64,000 nucleotides of DNA, from NCBI GenBank assembly GCA_040880345.1, contig JBBDIQ010000034.1, positions 20,566 through 84,565 of the forward strand, read 5' to 3'. Position 1 is the stretch's first letter. Each line of letters opens with the position of its first letter. The position numbers and the translations under genes are program-made. This DNA comes from Flavobacteriaceae bacterium (GTDB taxonomy: Bacteria; Bacteroidota; Bacteroidia; Flavobacteriales; Flavobacteriaceae). A model generated the notes under the pieces. The model was not told where the DNA came from. It did no database searches and saw nothing but the letters and a program-made list of their open reading frames with translations. Of this stretch, positions 10,075 to 19,425 are shown in pieces.

Positions 10075-10242
10075 TTAAGAAGCCAACACCTGCTCGCTGG
10101 TATTAACACTCTCGCCCTTCCAGTTTGGATTCAGGTTTACATAGGCCTTTACAGCCTCATTAAACTCTCTAACCTCTTGAGGTGTGATGTTGTTTTTTTT
10201 AAGAAGTGATTTGTAGCGTTCTTTGTAGTTTAAAGTCATCAT
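10075..10242 (-). CDS. Small hypothetical protein
   Basis: About 55 aa open frame (MMTLNYKERYKSLLKK...); no motif recognised. Confidence 0.4.
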   Translation of the reverse strand: MMTLNYKERYKSLLKKNNITPQEVREFNEAVKAYVNLNPNWKGESVNTSEQVLAS

Positions 10243-10459
10243 AAGAGCTGTGTTTAGAATAAACAATTGATTTTACCTTTCAAAGGTGCAAAAAAATCAT
10301 GCTGTCAAACAAGAGGGTTTTTCCTGAAATGCAAAAGGATTTTTAATTTTTAAGTGTAAATATTCCTGAATTTATTTTATTTTTAAAAATGCTATTTTTG
10401 TAAGAAATTCCAGCTAGGAAACCGACAGCTGCCGGAATTTTGATGAAAAAAATAAATCC

Positions 10460-12487
10460 ATGAAAAGACGCTTTTTCATTCCTCTATTTCTTTTGATCGT
10501 GAGTCTTGGTTTTTCGCAAAACCGTGATGCATTTTGTTTGAAGTTATACAAAATCAATGCCTTGCTTCAGAAAAATCATTACGCCCCCAAAGCGATTAAC
10601 AACCCCATGTCTGAGTATGTTTACAACACGTTTATCAACCGGCTTGATCCTGACGAACTTATTTTTATGCAACACGAAATCGACAGTTTATCAAAGTACA
10701 AACTGCTGATGGATAATGCTGTTTTTAATACCGAATGTGATTTTTTAAACGATTTTATCACGACTTACAGGGGAGGACTGGAGCGCCAACTTCAGTTACT
10801 GGACGAACTGGAAAAAGAACCCTTTCAACCGGAACTTTCAGATTCTCTGAGGTGGAAAGAAAAAGGCGATTTTTATGAAACCGCTGATGAAATCAAAAAC
10901 GTTTTCAGAAAACGTCTGGCTTACAGAGTGCTTGATACGTTTGCCAGAACCGGAACAAACAAAGACTCCCTCTACAGCCTGCTACCCCAACAAGCCCCTG
11001 AACTCAGTAAAACCGAACTCGAAAACCTGCGTTGTACCATAGAAAACCAGTTGAACCCCAACAATGGTTTGGATACCTATGTGCTGGATTTGTTTGCCAA
11101 TGTGTTTTCGGGCTATTTTGACCCTCATAGCAACTATTTCAACACAGATGCAAAAAATGATTTTTTCAATTCGTTGACTTCAGGAACACTCAGTTTTGGA
11201 TTGATCATGGAGTTGGGTGATTCAAATGAGGTAAATGTGTATGACATACTCTCGGGCAGTCCCGCCTTTCGCGATACGCGCATCGAAAAAGGCGACCGAC
11301 TCATCAGGGTCCAACACAAAGAAAATACCTTTGAGGTCAATTGTGTCAATATGGATGTGGTCAATACCATGTTTTATTCAGATACCTATAAAAACCTGCG
11401 GCTCACCTTTCGGAAGAAAAATGGGGTGGACTTTGAAACGCGACTTCAAAAGGAAATGCTCAAGAATTATGAAAACTCGGTTTTCAGTTTTATAATAGAA
11501 GGGAAAAAGAAGCTAGGCTACATCAATGTACCTTCTTTTTACAGCAATCTGGAAGGCAATACAACCAATGTCTATAACGATTTTTTCTTTGAACTCAACC
11601 ACTTAAAAAGTGAAGGCGCCAAAGGCTTTATCATTGATCTGCAAAACAATAGCGGAGGCGATATGACCCAGGTGTTATACATGATTAGCCTGTTTGTTGA
11701 TAGCGGACCTATCACCCTCTTAAAACACCGTCATAACCAGTACAATCTGGTGTATAATTTTTTTGAAAAAAAGCACTTCAGAGAACCGATGGTGGTGCTG
11801 ATTAATGGATATACGGGATCTGCCAGCGAACTCTTTGCCGCAGCCATGCAGGACCACAAGCGCGGGGTGCTTCTGGGCCAGCAAAGTTATGGCAAGGGAA
11901 CCCTGCAAACCTTTTTTCCTTTGGATGAAGAAAACCCCGAGGCCGAACTCCTCAAAGTCACCATCGAAAAAATGTTTCGCCTTGACGGAAAAAGCCACCA
12001 GCTCACAGGCATTGAACCCGACATCGTCACTCCGGCCTTGCTGGAACCCCTGTTTTTTAAAGAGAGTGACTATGCCCGTGCATTGGAAGTAGAAGACCTG
12101 GGCGAGAATTTTAAACTCAAGCGTAAGTTTCCTTCCTCCTACCGAAAAGCCATAGCATCCGGGCAGGAACGCATTGCTATGCGGCCACATTACAACGAAA
12201 TAGCAGCCTTCAACAAATCTATTGAGAAACAAATGGCAGAAAAGCGCGTTTTCCCTATCAATTTTGATTTTGTGTTTCAAGCCATTGAAAAGGAAAACCA
12301 ACTTTTTACGGGCTTTTATAGCATTTATGAAACTACGTATCCACTGCAACTGCGGGTACTTGAAAAAGATGAAAAGACTATGAACTATGACCCCTTGCTA
12401 AAGCCCATGGTGGAGGCCAACAAACAACGCGTCCTCACCAATCCCGATGTGCATGAAGCGGTTTATGTGATGCTGGATCTGTTGTAG
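10460..12487 (+). CDS. S41 family carboxy-terminal processing protease (Prc/Tsp-like)
   Basis: DPHSNYF, PDZ region, IIDLQNNSGG, catalytic GSASE and GKG motifs. Confidence 0.88.
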   Translation: MKRRFFIPLFLLIVSLGFSQNRDAFCLKLYKINALLQKNHYAPKAINNPMSEYVYNTFINRLDPDELIFMQHEIDSLSKYKLLMDNAVFNTECDFLNDFITTYRGGLERQLQLLDELEKEPFQPELSDSLRWKEKGDFYETADEIKNVFRKRLAYRVLDTFARTGTNKDSLYSLLPQQAPELSKTELENLRCTIENQLNPNNGLDTYVLDLFANVFSGYFDPHSNYFNTDAKNDFFNSLTSGTLSFGLIMELGDSNEVNVYDILSGSPAFRDTRIEKGDRLIRVQHKENTFEVNCVNMDVVNTMFYSDTYKNLRLTFRKKNGVDFETRLQKEMLKNYENSVFSFIIEGKKKLGYINVPSFYSNLEGNTTNVYNDFFFELNHLKSEGAKGFIIDLQNNSGGDMTQVLYMISLFVDSGPITLLKHRHNQYNLVYNFFEKKHFREPMVVLINGYTGSASELFAAAMQDHKRGVLLGQQSYGKGTLQTFFPLDEENPEAELLKVTIEKMFRLDGKSHQLTGIEPDIVTPALLEPLFFKESDYARALEVEDLGENFKLKRKFPSSYRKAIASGQERIAMRPHYNEIAAFNKSIEKQMAEKRVFPINFDFVFQAIEKENQLFTGFYSIYETTYPLQLRVLEKDEKTMNYDPLLKPMVEANKQRVLTNPDVHEAVYVMLDLL

Positions 12488-12544
12488 GGAATGACATTAA
12501 AGTAGTGTGTCAATTTGCCCTCCAAACTTTGATAACCCCACACT

Positions 12545-13252
12545 TTAAACCAATTTAAAATAGATATTGATATAATAAAGCCCGGTGAGAATAAAGACCA
12601 GGCCTGCAAGCAGGCGCATTACTTTTTCTACTTTGGTGATGGCTTTGAAGTACATTCCCAGTTTTTGCATACTAAAGGCGATTACAAAGGCAAAAAGGAT
12701 GACAGGTAAGCCTGTGCCAATGGCAAATAGAACGGGCAATGCCAGGCCAGCACTGGCTGAAAGCGTCAGGGGTATGAGCATCGCAAAAAACAAAGCACCG
12801 CTGTAAGGGCAGAATGCCAGGGCAAACAAAGCTCCCAAAAGAAAGGAACCCAGCAAGCCTTTGGTTTTGAATTTTTCAGAGAGTTTGTCAGTTATGTTTC
12901 CGCCTTTGATGAAATTTAATTTGATGACATCGAGCATAATGAGTCCGATAAAAATGAGCACAAAGCCAATGTATTTTTCGCCATTGCCCTGAAAGAGTTT
13001 GGCTACTTCAAATTTGCTGGCGCCAAAATAAATAATGGCACCAATCAACGTATAGGTCAGCACCCTGCCCAGCGTGTAAAGCACCCCGCTGAGCAACACC
13101 TTTTTTTTGTTGGTGATGGTTTTAGCAATGTATGCGGTTGCCGTAACATTGGTCGCCAAGGGGCAGGGGGCAATAGCCGTTAACAAACCCAGAGCAAAAG
13201 CGGCCAGCACAGGGGCTTCTCTGTTTTGAGCCAATTCGTTGATCCACTCCAT
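12545..13252 (-). CDS. arsG: ArsG-family aromatic arsenical efflux permease (CcdA/DsbD-TM-like)
   Basis: GLLTAIAPCPLATN and ALAFCPYSG motifs, multiple TM helices, adjacent to arsF-like gene. Confidence 0.75.
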   Translation of the reverse strand: MEWINELAQNREAPVLAAFALGLLTAIAPCPLATNVTATAYIAKTITNKKKVLLSGVLYTLGRVLTYTLIGAIIYFGASKFEVAKLFQGNGEKYIGFVLIFIGLIMLDVIKLNFIKGGNITDKLSEKFKTKGLLGSFLLGALFALAFCPYSGALFFAMLIPLTLSASAGLALPVLFAIGTGLPVILFAFVIAFSMQKLGMYFKAITKVEKVMRLLAGLVFILTGLYYINIYFKLV

Positions 13253-13255
13253 AGA

Positions 13256-13672
13256 TTACAGTTTCTGAAAGCTTGCTATTTTCTTTTTCAATTCCTGGAT
13301 GAATTTTTCTTTATTTCCGGCAGTCATAAAGGCAAACTCTGTGAGGTTTTCTTTTTTCCCCGTTTTGGGATTGTATAGAAACAGTGCTGTTCCAAAAGCT
13401 TCAAACTCGGCTGCTTTTTGTTCGTTTTTCTCATCGTCCACATTCACGGTTGAAAAGGGAATATCACTAAAATCCTTGAGGGTTTCCCGGGTGAGTTCTT
13501 CAATTTTGTTGCACGTCATACAGCGATTTTCTGAATGAAACTGTATGACCTCCATTGCAGCACTAGAAGAGGTCGCTTCTTGTTGTTTGGTGTTTTGTGC
13601 TCCGCCGTTGCAGGCGGTGAAAAGCAACATCACGACTGTTGCAAACGATAAAAAGATGTTTTTTGAATTCAT
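13256..13672 (-). CDS. arsF: ArsF-family thioredoxin-like lipoprotein
   Basis: Lipobox FTAC; FHSENRCMTC (CxxC) motif. Confidence 0.7.
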   Translation of the reverse strand: MNSKNIFLSFATVVMLLFTACNGGAQNTKQQEATSSSAAMEVIQFHSENRCMTCNKIEELTRETLKDFSDIPFSTVNVDDEKNEQKAAEFEAFGTALFLYNPKTGKKENLTEFAFMTAGNKEKFIQELKKKIASFQKL

Positions 13673-13684
13673 AGTATTTAAGTG

Positions 13685-14143
13685 TTAAAAGGTTCCGTAT
13701 TTATTGATAATGGACATTTGACCTGCGTGGTAGGCCGTGTGTGAAACGATTCTTCCAAAGGCTTCCGCTTTGGTTTTTGTGCCAAATTCTTTGGTGGTGA
13801 TGGTGGTTTCCCAATCTTCATCGGTTTGTTTTTCGACAATGGATTTTAGGTTTTCGAAAGCTTCAGAAACGTATTGTTTCAATGCACCCAAATCAGTCCA
13901 CTCGCCGGTGTCGCGTTTTTCAATGACTGTTTTTGCAGTGACTTTTACAGAGGAATCGCCAAACACATTTTTGGCGAAAAGCAATTCCACATCCCCAATA
14001 TGGCGCATTAAAAAGCCCACCGAATTTGGCGAAGTCCCCAATTTCTTTTTCAGGTCTTCTTCCTTTAGATTTTCCAATTGATTGGAAAAGCGGGTGCGTG
14101 CCTCAATCCAAAGTTCGAGTAGTAATTCTGTTTTTGTTTTCAT
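13685..14143 (-). CDS. DinB/YfiT family protein
   Basis: SVGFLMRHIG and SHTAYHAGQ metal-binding His motifs. Confidence 0.85.
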   Translation of the reverse strand: MKTKTELLLELWIEARTRFSNQLENLKEEDLKKKLGTSPNSVGFLMRHIGDVELLFAKNVFGDSSVKVTAKTVIEKRDTGEWTDLGALKQYVSEAFENLKSIVEKQTDEDWETTITTKEFGTKTKAEAFGRIVSHTAYHAGQMSIINKYGTF

Positions 14144-15114
14144 AATAGTATATTGAATAAAAATCCTGAAAGGATGATGAATAATGTAACGACTCCAAAA
14201 TAGATTGCAATGAGCTTCATGGTCATCACTTTTTTAAGCAGGGTCGCTTCGGGAATGGATAAACCCACGGTTGCCATCATAAAGGCAATGGCGGTTCCCA
14301 GCGGCACTCCTTTGGCGACAAACACTTGTATGACCGGCACGATGGCTGCGGCATTGGCATACATAGGTACGGCCACAATCACAGCGAGCGGCACGGTCCA
14401 CCATTGACCGCCACCCAGGTATTGCTGAAAGAAGTTTTCGGGTACATAGCCGTGCATGGCTGCACCTATGGCGATCCCTATGATTACATAAATCAATACG
14501 CTTTTTACAATGTCCCAGGCACCGTGTGTGATACCGGGCAACTTTTCGCGAAAGCTTTGTTTTTCTTCTTCAAATTCAGTTTGTTGCTGTTTGTTGGCAA
14601 GTATTTTCTTTACCCATTCAGAAAGGAGGGGTTCCAGGTTGAATTTGCCCAGCAACCAACCGCCAATGGTGCCCAACAGAATTCCGGACACGGCATAAAT
14701 CAAAGTGGCTTTGATGCCAAACATTCCTATAAACATTGCGATTGCCACTTCGTTTACCAAAGGTGAAGTAATCAAAAAGGAGAAGGTGACTCCCAGCGGA
14801 ATCCCCCCTTGAACAAAACCAATAAAAAGCGGTACTGACGAACACGAACAAAAGGGCGTAATGGCTCCAAAGGTGGACGAGAACAAATATTCCAGCCCGT
14901 AAAGTTTTTTTCTATTGAGGTAGTCCTTTAGTTTTTCAACGGGGAGATAGGCATTGACAATTCCCATCAGGAAAACAATAATGAATAAAAGGATGAGAAT
15001 TTTCAGGGTATCATACACAAAGAAATTCAGCGCGATTCCCAATTGGGTGTCGGCACCTATTCCAAACAGACTGTAAATAAGCCAGTCTGCAAGATGTTGA
15101 ATCCAGTCAAACAT
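14140..15114 (-). CDS. arsP: ArsP/DUF318-family permease
   Basis: TPFCSCSSVPLF, SPLVNE and GLSIPE motifs; about 8 TM helices. Confidence 0.78.
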   Translation of the reverse strand: MFDWIQHLADWLIYSLFGIGADTQLGIALNFFVYDTLKILILLFIIVFLMGIVNAYLPVEKLKDYLNRKKLYGLEYLFSSTFGAITPFCSCSSVPLFIGFVQGGIPLGVTFSFLITSPLVNEVAIAMFIGMFGIKATLIYAVSGILLGTIGGWLLGKFNLEPLLSEWVKKILANKQQQTEFEEEKQSFREKLPGITHGAWDIVKSVLIYVIIGIAIGAAMHGYVPENFFQQYLGGGQWWTVPLAVIVAVPMYANAAAIVPVIQVFVAKGVPLGTAIAFMMATVGLSIPEATLLKKVMTMKLIAIYFGVVTLFIILSGFLFNILL

Positions 15115-15119
15115 GGGGT

Positions 15120-15566
15120 TTAATTCTTGAGATTTTCAATAAATTTTCTTGCCTCGTCTCCTTTTAGGTAGTCGGCCAGACCCAGCAGGCCGTCTTTTAA
15201 GTAAGCCACCTGGTAGCCTTTGCTTTTTAAATAGACCATGGCAATGATTGCCCTGTCTTTATGAGGGCAAGCTGTAACGATGAGTTTGTTTTTTGGAAGT
15301 TCTTTGTAGCGTAAAGGAATTGTAGCCAAAGGCATTTTCAAGGCATAATCCATTTGCCAGGAGGCTTGTTCTTCTTCAAACCGGATATCAACGAGCAGTG
15401 CTTTGTCCTCCTGAAGTAATTGCACGATTTGCTCTGAAGAAACTTTCATTTCTTTTCTGTTTTCGTAACTAAAATTGAGTAAAAACGAATCCAGCGCATC
15501 TTGAGCCACAACAGAATTGGTCAAAAGGACGATGGCTGTAATTAAAGTGATTTTTATAGTTTTCAT
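15120..15566 (-). CDS. Exported rhodanese-like domain protein
   Basis: Signal peptide, LLVDIR, active-site loop TACPHKDRA, YLKDGL. Confidence 0.8.
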   Translation of the reverse strand: MKTIKITLITAIVLLTNSVVAQDALDSFLLNFSYENRKEMKVSSEQIVQLLQEDKALLVDIRFEEEQASWQMDYALKMPLATIPLRYKELPKNKLIVTACPHKDRAIIAMVYLKSKGYQVAYLKDGLLGLADYLKGDEARKFIENLKN

Positions 15567-15636
15567 ATTTTCTATTATTTAAAAATTAAGTAACTAATCA
15601 GGATTCATACAATATAATTTTGACTTTTATCAAAAA

Positions 15637-15732
15637 AATCTGCCCTAATCCGCTTAATCAGCGTCATCAGCGTTCTATTTATTAATTGGTATGGCACGCT
15701 GATAACGCGGATTTGGCTGATTTTCGCTGATA
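15637..15732. repeat. Inverted pair of 9-bp-periodic ATC(A/C/T)GC repeat tracts
   Basis: aatctgccctaatccgcttaatcagcgtcatcagcgttc faces gcacgctgataacgcggatttggctgattttcgctgata across an AT-rich loop. Confidence 0.7.
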
Positions 15733-15857
15733 AATTATCATAAATAGTAAAGATTTTACTAAGACCCTATTTATTTAAAATGAGTACTGATAAGCTTTGT
15801 ATTTTACAATTTGTATTTTTTTGAATTATCATTTGGTGGTACTGTCTAGTTACAAAA

Positions 15858-16241
15858 TTAACAACATCCTGAAGTTGAGCAGCAGGAATCGCCGGCTATT
15901 TCCTCGATTGGCGCTCCTTTTACGGGAAAGCCTTTTTGGGTCCAGCGTATGATGCCGTGTTGCATATTAACCACCTGTGTATAGCCGTGATTGACTAAAA
16001 AGCCGGCGGCGCGCAAACTTCTTCCGCCCCCTTTACAGACCATGACGACGTCTTTGTCTTTGGGAATTTCTGTATAGCGCTCTTCAAATTCTGAAAGCGG
16101 AATGTTGATGCAGTTGGGCACATCATAGGCCCATTGTTCCACTTCGTTTTTTTCGCGTACATCGACGAGCAATGCACCGTTTTTTACCCATTCCTGAGTG
16201 GTGGTGGGGCAAATCTCCTTGACAAGGGTTTGATTTTCCAT
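15858..16241 (-). CDS. Rhodanese-like domain protein with Cys-rich tail
   Basis: LVDVRE, CKGGGRS active-site loop, C-terminal SCCSTSGCC. Confidence 0.88.
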   Translation of the reverse strand: MENQTLVKEICPTTTQEWVKNGALLVDVREKNEVEQWAYDVPNCINIPLSEFEERYTEIPKDKDVVMVCKGGGRSLRAAGFLVNHGYTQVVNMQHGIIRWTQKGFPVKGAPIEEIAGDSCCSTSGCC

Positions 16242-16245
16242 AAGG

Positions 16246-16482
16246 TTATTTTTTTAGGAAGTCTATGATTTCGCTGACCTGAGCCACACGACCTTTGATT
16301 TTTATTTCTTCATCAATCACCAATACCGGAGTGACGAGCACATTGTACTTCATCATTTCTTCGATATCTTCTACTTTGGTAACTTCTGCTTTGAGTCCTG
16401 ATTGTTTGAGAGCTTCCAGAACATTGTTGTGGGTGGTTTTGCACTTGGGGCAACCGGGACCCAATACTTTTATGTGTGTCAT
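16246..16482 (-). CDS. Small redox-active disulfide (thioredoxin-like) protein, ArsE/MTH895 type
   Basis: IKVLGPGCPKC and TPVLVID motifs. Confidence 0.85.
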   Translation of the reverse strand: MTHIKVLGPGCPKCKTTHNNVLEALKQSGLKAEVTKVEDIEEMMKYNVLVTPVLVIDEEIKIKGRVAQVSEIIDFLKK

Positions 16483-16503
16483 AATTTTACGTTTACGATT
16501 TCT

Positions 16504-16550
16504 GTTCGCAAATATACGAACATATATTCGTAGTTCGCAAACTTACGAAC
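16504..16550 (-). promoter_or_regulatory. Tandem putative ArsR operators overlapping -7 boxes
   Basis: GTTCGCAAATATACGAAC (16504-16521) and GTTCGCAAACTTACGAAC (16533-16550), each containing TAnnTTTG on the minus strand. Confidence 0.7.
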
Positions 16551-16565
16551 AAAAACTATAAAAAA

Positions 16566-16871
16566 TTATTCCAACACTTTGCAAAGCAGGGCTTTTGCTT
16601 TGGTCCAGTTTTCTCTGTTGACACAATATTTGGTGGAGGGTGGGGTAATGTCACCCTGAATGAGGCCGGCATCTTTCAATTCTTTGAGGTGCTGGGAGAG
16701 TGTAGATTTTGCGATGGGCAATTCTTCTGCCATATCGCCGTGATAGCAACATGCCTGTGAGTTGAGCAATTCCAGAATGGCGATTCTCACGGGGTGACCC
16801 ATCGCTTTGGCAAAACGGGCGGCTTGCTCCTGCTCTGTGGTAAAGTAGTCTGATTTTAACGTGCCTGGCAT
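16566..16871 (-). CDS. arsR: ArsR/SmtB family transcriptional repressor
   Basis: KAMGHPVRIAIL, CCYHGDM, STLSQHLKELKDAGLI, YCVN. Confidence 0.93.
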   Translation of the reverse strand: MPGTLKSDYFTTEQEQAARFAKAMGHPVRIAILELLNSQACCYHGDMAEELPIAKSTLSQHLKELKDAGLIQGDITPPSTKYCVNRENWTKAKALLCKVLE

Positions 16872-16889
16872 TGTTTGACTTAATTTGTT

Positions 16890-16906
16890 GTTCGCAAATA
16901 TACGAA
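16890..16906 (-). promoter_or_regulatory. Putative ArsR operator/promoter upstream of arsR
   Basis: GTTCGCAAATATACGAA, identical to the site at 16504-16520. Confidence 0.7.
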
Positions 16907-17003
16907 TACTATTTGAAACGGCTTCTTGTTTTGTGGGTATTTGTTTGTGGGTAACTTATGACAGGTGACGGCTCTATGCCCCCGACAGGAGTTGACCCCT
17001 TCT

Positions 17004-17624
17004 TTAGAGGCTGGCCATCTCATCGGCCATATTCCTTCTGGCCTGTTGCTCATATTTCTCCTTAAAATCCCGGGTTTTGAAGATGCTGTCCATATCCAGG
17101 AAGTGTTGCAGCACTTTTTTTCTTCCTTTGTTGTACAGGAAGTTGGGGTACAGGGCATATTCACGCCTTATTTTTCTTTTGTATTCCCGGTAGTTTTCGG
17201 GGGATTCGCCCAGTATGGCCAGGTCAAAATCGATGAGGTAGCCGGTGTCCTGATCGCTGCGGGCAGTGTGGTTTTTTGTGGCGAGAATCTGATTGTGGCA
17301 GGCTTTTACTTTAGGTAGCGGCAGCCCCAGTGCGGTCAACCGCTCTTGTGCGATGGCCGCGCTTTTTTCTTCATTGTCGCGGCGTGTAATTTTATAAACA
17401 AGGTCGTGATAGTAAATGGAAAACAAAACCACTTCCACATCCTCAAGCCGGCTTTTGTGCTGCAGCGCCAAACCCACCATAAACTCCAAATGCCCCAAAT
17501 TGTGATAGTGCCGTGCCTTGCCGGTATAGGCGTTTTCAATTTCAAGCCAGCAGGTATCGGTAAAATTCCTGTCACCGGTGTATCTGGCGGTGAGGTCGTT
17601 CCAGAGGGTTTTCAGTTTGTCCAT
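17004..17624 (-). CDS. HD-superfamily metal-dependent phosphohydrolase
   Basis: RHYHNLGH, YYHD, DFDLAILG and IRREY motifs. Confidence 0.85.
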   Translation of the reverse strand: MDKLKTLWNDLTARYTGDRNFTDTCWLEIENAYTGKARHYHNLGHLEFMVGLALQHKSRLEDVEVVLFSIYYHDLVYKITRRDNEEKSAAIAQERLTALGLPLPKVKACHNQILATKNHTARSDQDTGYLIDFDLAILGESPENYREYKRKIRREYALYPNFLYNKGRKKVLQHFLDMDSIFKTRDFKEKYEQQARRNMADEMASL

Positions 17625-17940
17625 GCCTGTTATTTTTAATGGTTTTGTGATGTTTAGCTCAAGGTAGCATCTCGTATGGCAAGGCGTTTAACTAGTTGTT
17701 TAGCTCTTCTTTTGGGTTAAAGAGTTTGAAGTATTGGCCTTGGTTGTTGCAGGTGTTTATCCCTAATAACTTGCTTACCACAAAATTAAAAAAATATTAT
17801 TCTTTAGAAGTACTAAATTCTCAATTCGCGAATCGCGAATTTGTTTAAACCAGTAAAATTTTTGCAAATCACGAGACCTCACGCTTCTCAGAGATGGGGT
17901 TTACTATGGTTTTGATGTTTATAGATTATTTATAATATAC

Positions 17941-18001
17941 GCTACAGATACGCTATACATCCGCTATAAATTTGCTATATATACGTTATAAATATGCTAT
18001 A
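17941..18001 (+). repeat. Six G(C/T)TA(T/C)A hexamers at exact 11-bp period
   Basis: Starts at 17941, 17952, 17963, 17974, 17985 and 17996. Confidence 0.8.
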
Positions 18002-18059
18002 GCTATTGTATATCTTAGCTTTTTGTATTACTTTGGTACTCACTTTAATACTTAAAATT

Positions 18060-18842
18060 ATGGCAAGAATTACAGGACCTTTTAAAATTACGGGTACCAT
18101 TGGTGGTATGAACTTTTATCAGGATGGTGATAAAAACATCGGCAGGATGGCCGGTGGCGGGTTTAATGGCGAAGCTTTCAAGACCAAGGATAGTATGGAG
18201 CGGGTGCGTGAAAATGCTTCTGAATTTGGGCATTGTGCTGCGGTGAAGAGTACGTTTATGCGTGCTTTGCATCCTTATCTTTCTAAATTGAAAGGACGGA
18301 AGTTGCATAGTGCTATGACCAGCATGTTTGTGCAGATCAAGAACTTTGACCCGGTTTCTGCAAGGGGTGTAAGGCGGGTGGCTCCGGGGCTTACTACTAC
18401 TGACGGGCGGAATTTGTTGTTGACGTATTCGTATCCTGAGCGGTTTACTGTTGACTATACTTTAGGGAATCGTTTTAGTGTCGATATGGTTACTCACACT
18501 TGTAGTTGTACTGATTTTGATGTGAGTGGGATTGCTTTTCCGGAATTTGCTACTCATGTGGGCTTGTTATATGGTGTGGTGGTGATGGATTTTGATACTA
18601 TAGAAGCGCATACTTTTTTAGCTGAGGAGTATTATGTCTCTAAAAATGATGCGAACCACTCTATTGTCTTAAACCCTGTGACTCCTCCATCCCCCTTCAC
18701 TGCTTCGCTAGTTACGGAGGACGAAGCTGGAGACGGTGTGCGGATTGCTGTGATGGGTGTGCGGTTTTATCAGGAGGTGAATGGGGTGATGACGAAGTTG
18801 GAGGCTAAGCGTGGGGTTGGGGTTTTGGGAGTTGTTGTTTAA
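18060..18842 (+). CDS. Hypothetical protein of a Bacteroidota family with N-terminal GTIGG-x-NFY and RVRENASEFG motifs
   Basis: ATG at 18060 (MARITGPFKITGTIGGMNFY) preferred over TTG at 18006; function unknown. Confidence 0.75.
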   Translation: MARITGPFKITGTIGGMNFYQDGDKNIGRMAGGGFNGEAFKTKDSMERVRENASEFGHCAAVKSTFMRALHPYLSKLKGRKLHSAMTSMFVQIKNFDPVSARGVRRVAPGLTTTDGRNLLLTYSYPERFTVDYTLGNRFSVDMVTHTCSCTDFDVSGIAFPEFATHVGLLYGVVVMDFDTIEAHTFLAEEYYVSKNDANHSIVLNPVTPPSPFTASLVTEDEAGDGVRIAVMGVRFYQEVNGVMTKLEAKRGVGVLGVVV

Positions 18843-19375
18843 AGTGTTCAGTGGCAGTGTTCAGTGGTCAGTTTGAGAAAGTGCCAAATATTAAAGCACC
18901 AAATTCCAAAGCGCCCATCCTTCGCCACTTTTGGTGACTTCGGTTGGCAAGGCAAATTCCAAAAAATTGTATTAAGTAATAAGACTTATCCTTAAAACGG
19001 TCAAAAGGGTTTCTTGGCTATTGCATGCCGTATGCAGGGAAGGCCATGGATTATCGATTTAGTATGGGCTTTGCTATTCCACAGAGTGACGCAGAGGTTC
19101 CACAGAGGTTCGCAGAGGGGTGGTGGTTGATGTTTAAAGTTCCATGTTCAATTTTAAAAGCACCAAATTCCAATTTGAAAATTCCAAAAAAATGTTGGTC
19201 TTTTTTTTGAATTAAGACCGTAGAGCGGGGTTTCACGCAAAGGGCTGCAAAGGTTCATACGCAAAGAATACGCAAAGGGTCGGGGGGTTGGGGTTATGGT
19301 GGTTGAAATGTTCAATGTTCAAAGTTTTAGTTTTGAGCATGTTTGATGTTCTCGCAAAGACGCTAAGGCGCTAAG
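18843..19375. repeat. Composite cluster of short-period intergenic repeats
   Basis: CAGTG tract (18843-18874), CCAAAT/AAATTCC tracts (18878-18910, about 19157-19190), CCTTCGC..CTTCGG unit (about 18917-18955), CACAGAG x4 (19080-19118), CGCAAAG tracts (about 19232-19278, 19349-19375). Confidence 0.8.
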
Positions 19376-19425
19376 GGTTTACTTCTATTCTGCACTTTAC
19401 TTGTTGTCTTTGGTTAGTATGATGT

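Noticed and set aside
16880-17318. ORFs 16880-17164 and 16965-17318
   Set aside because: They overlap the HD gene in other frames and run through the arsR promoter.
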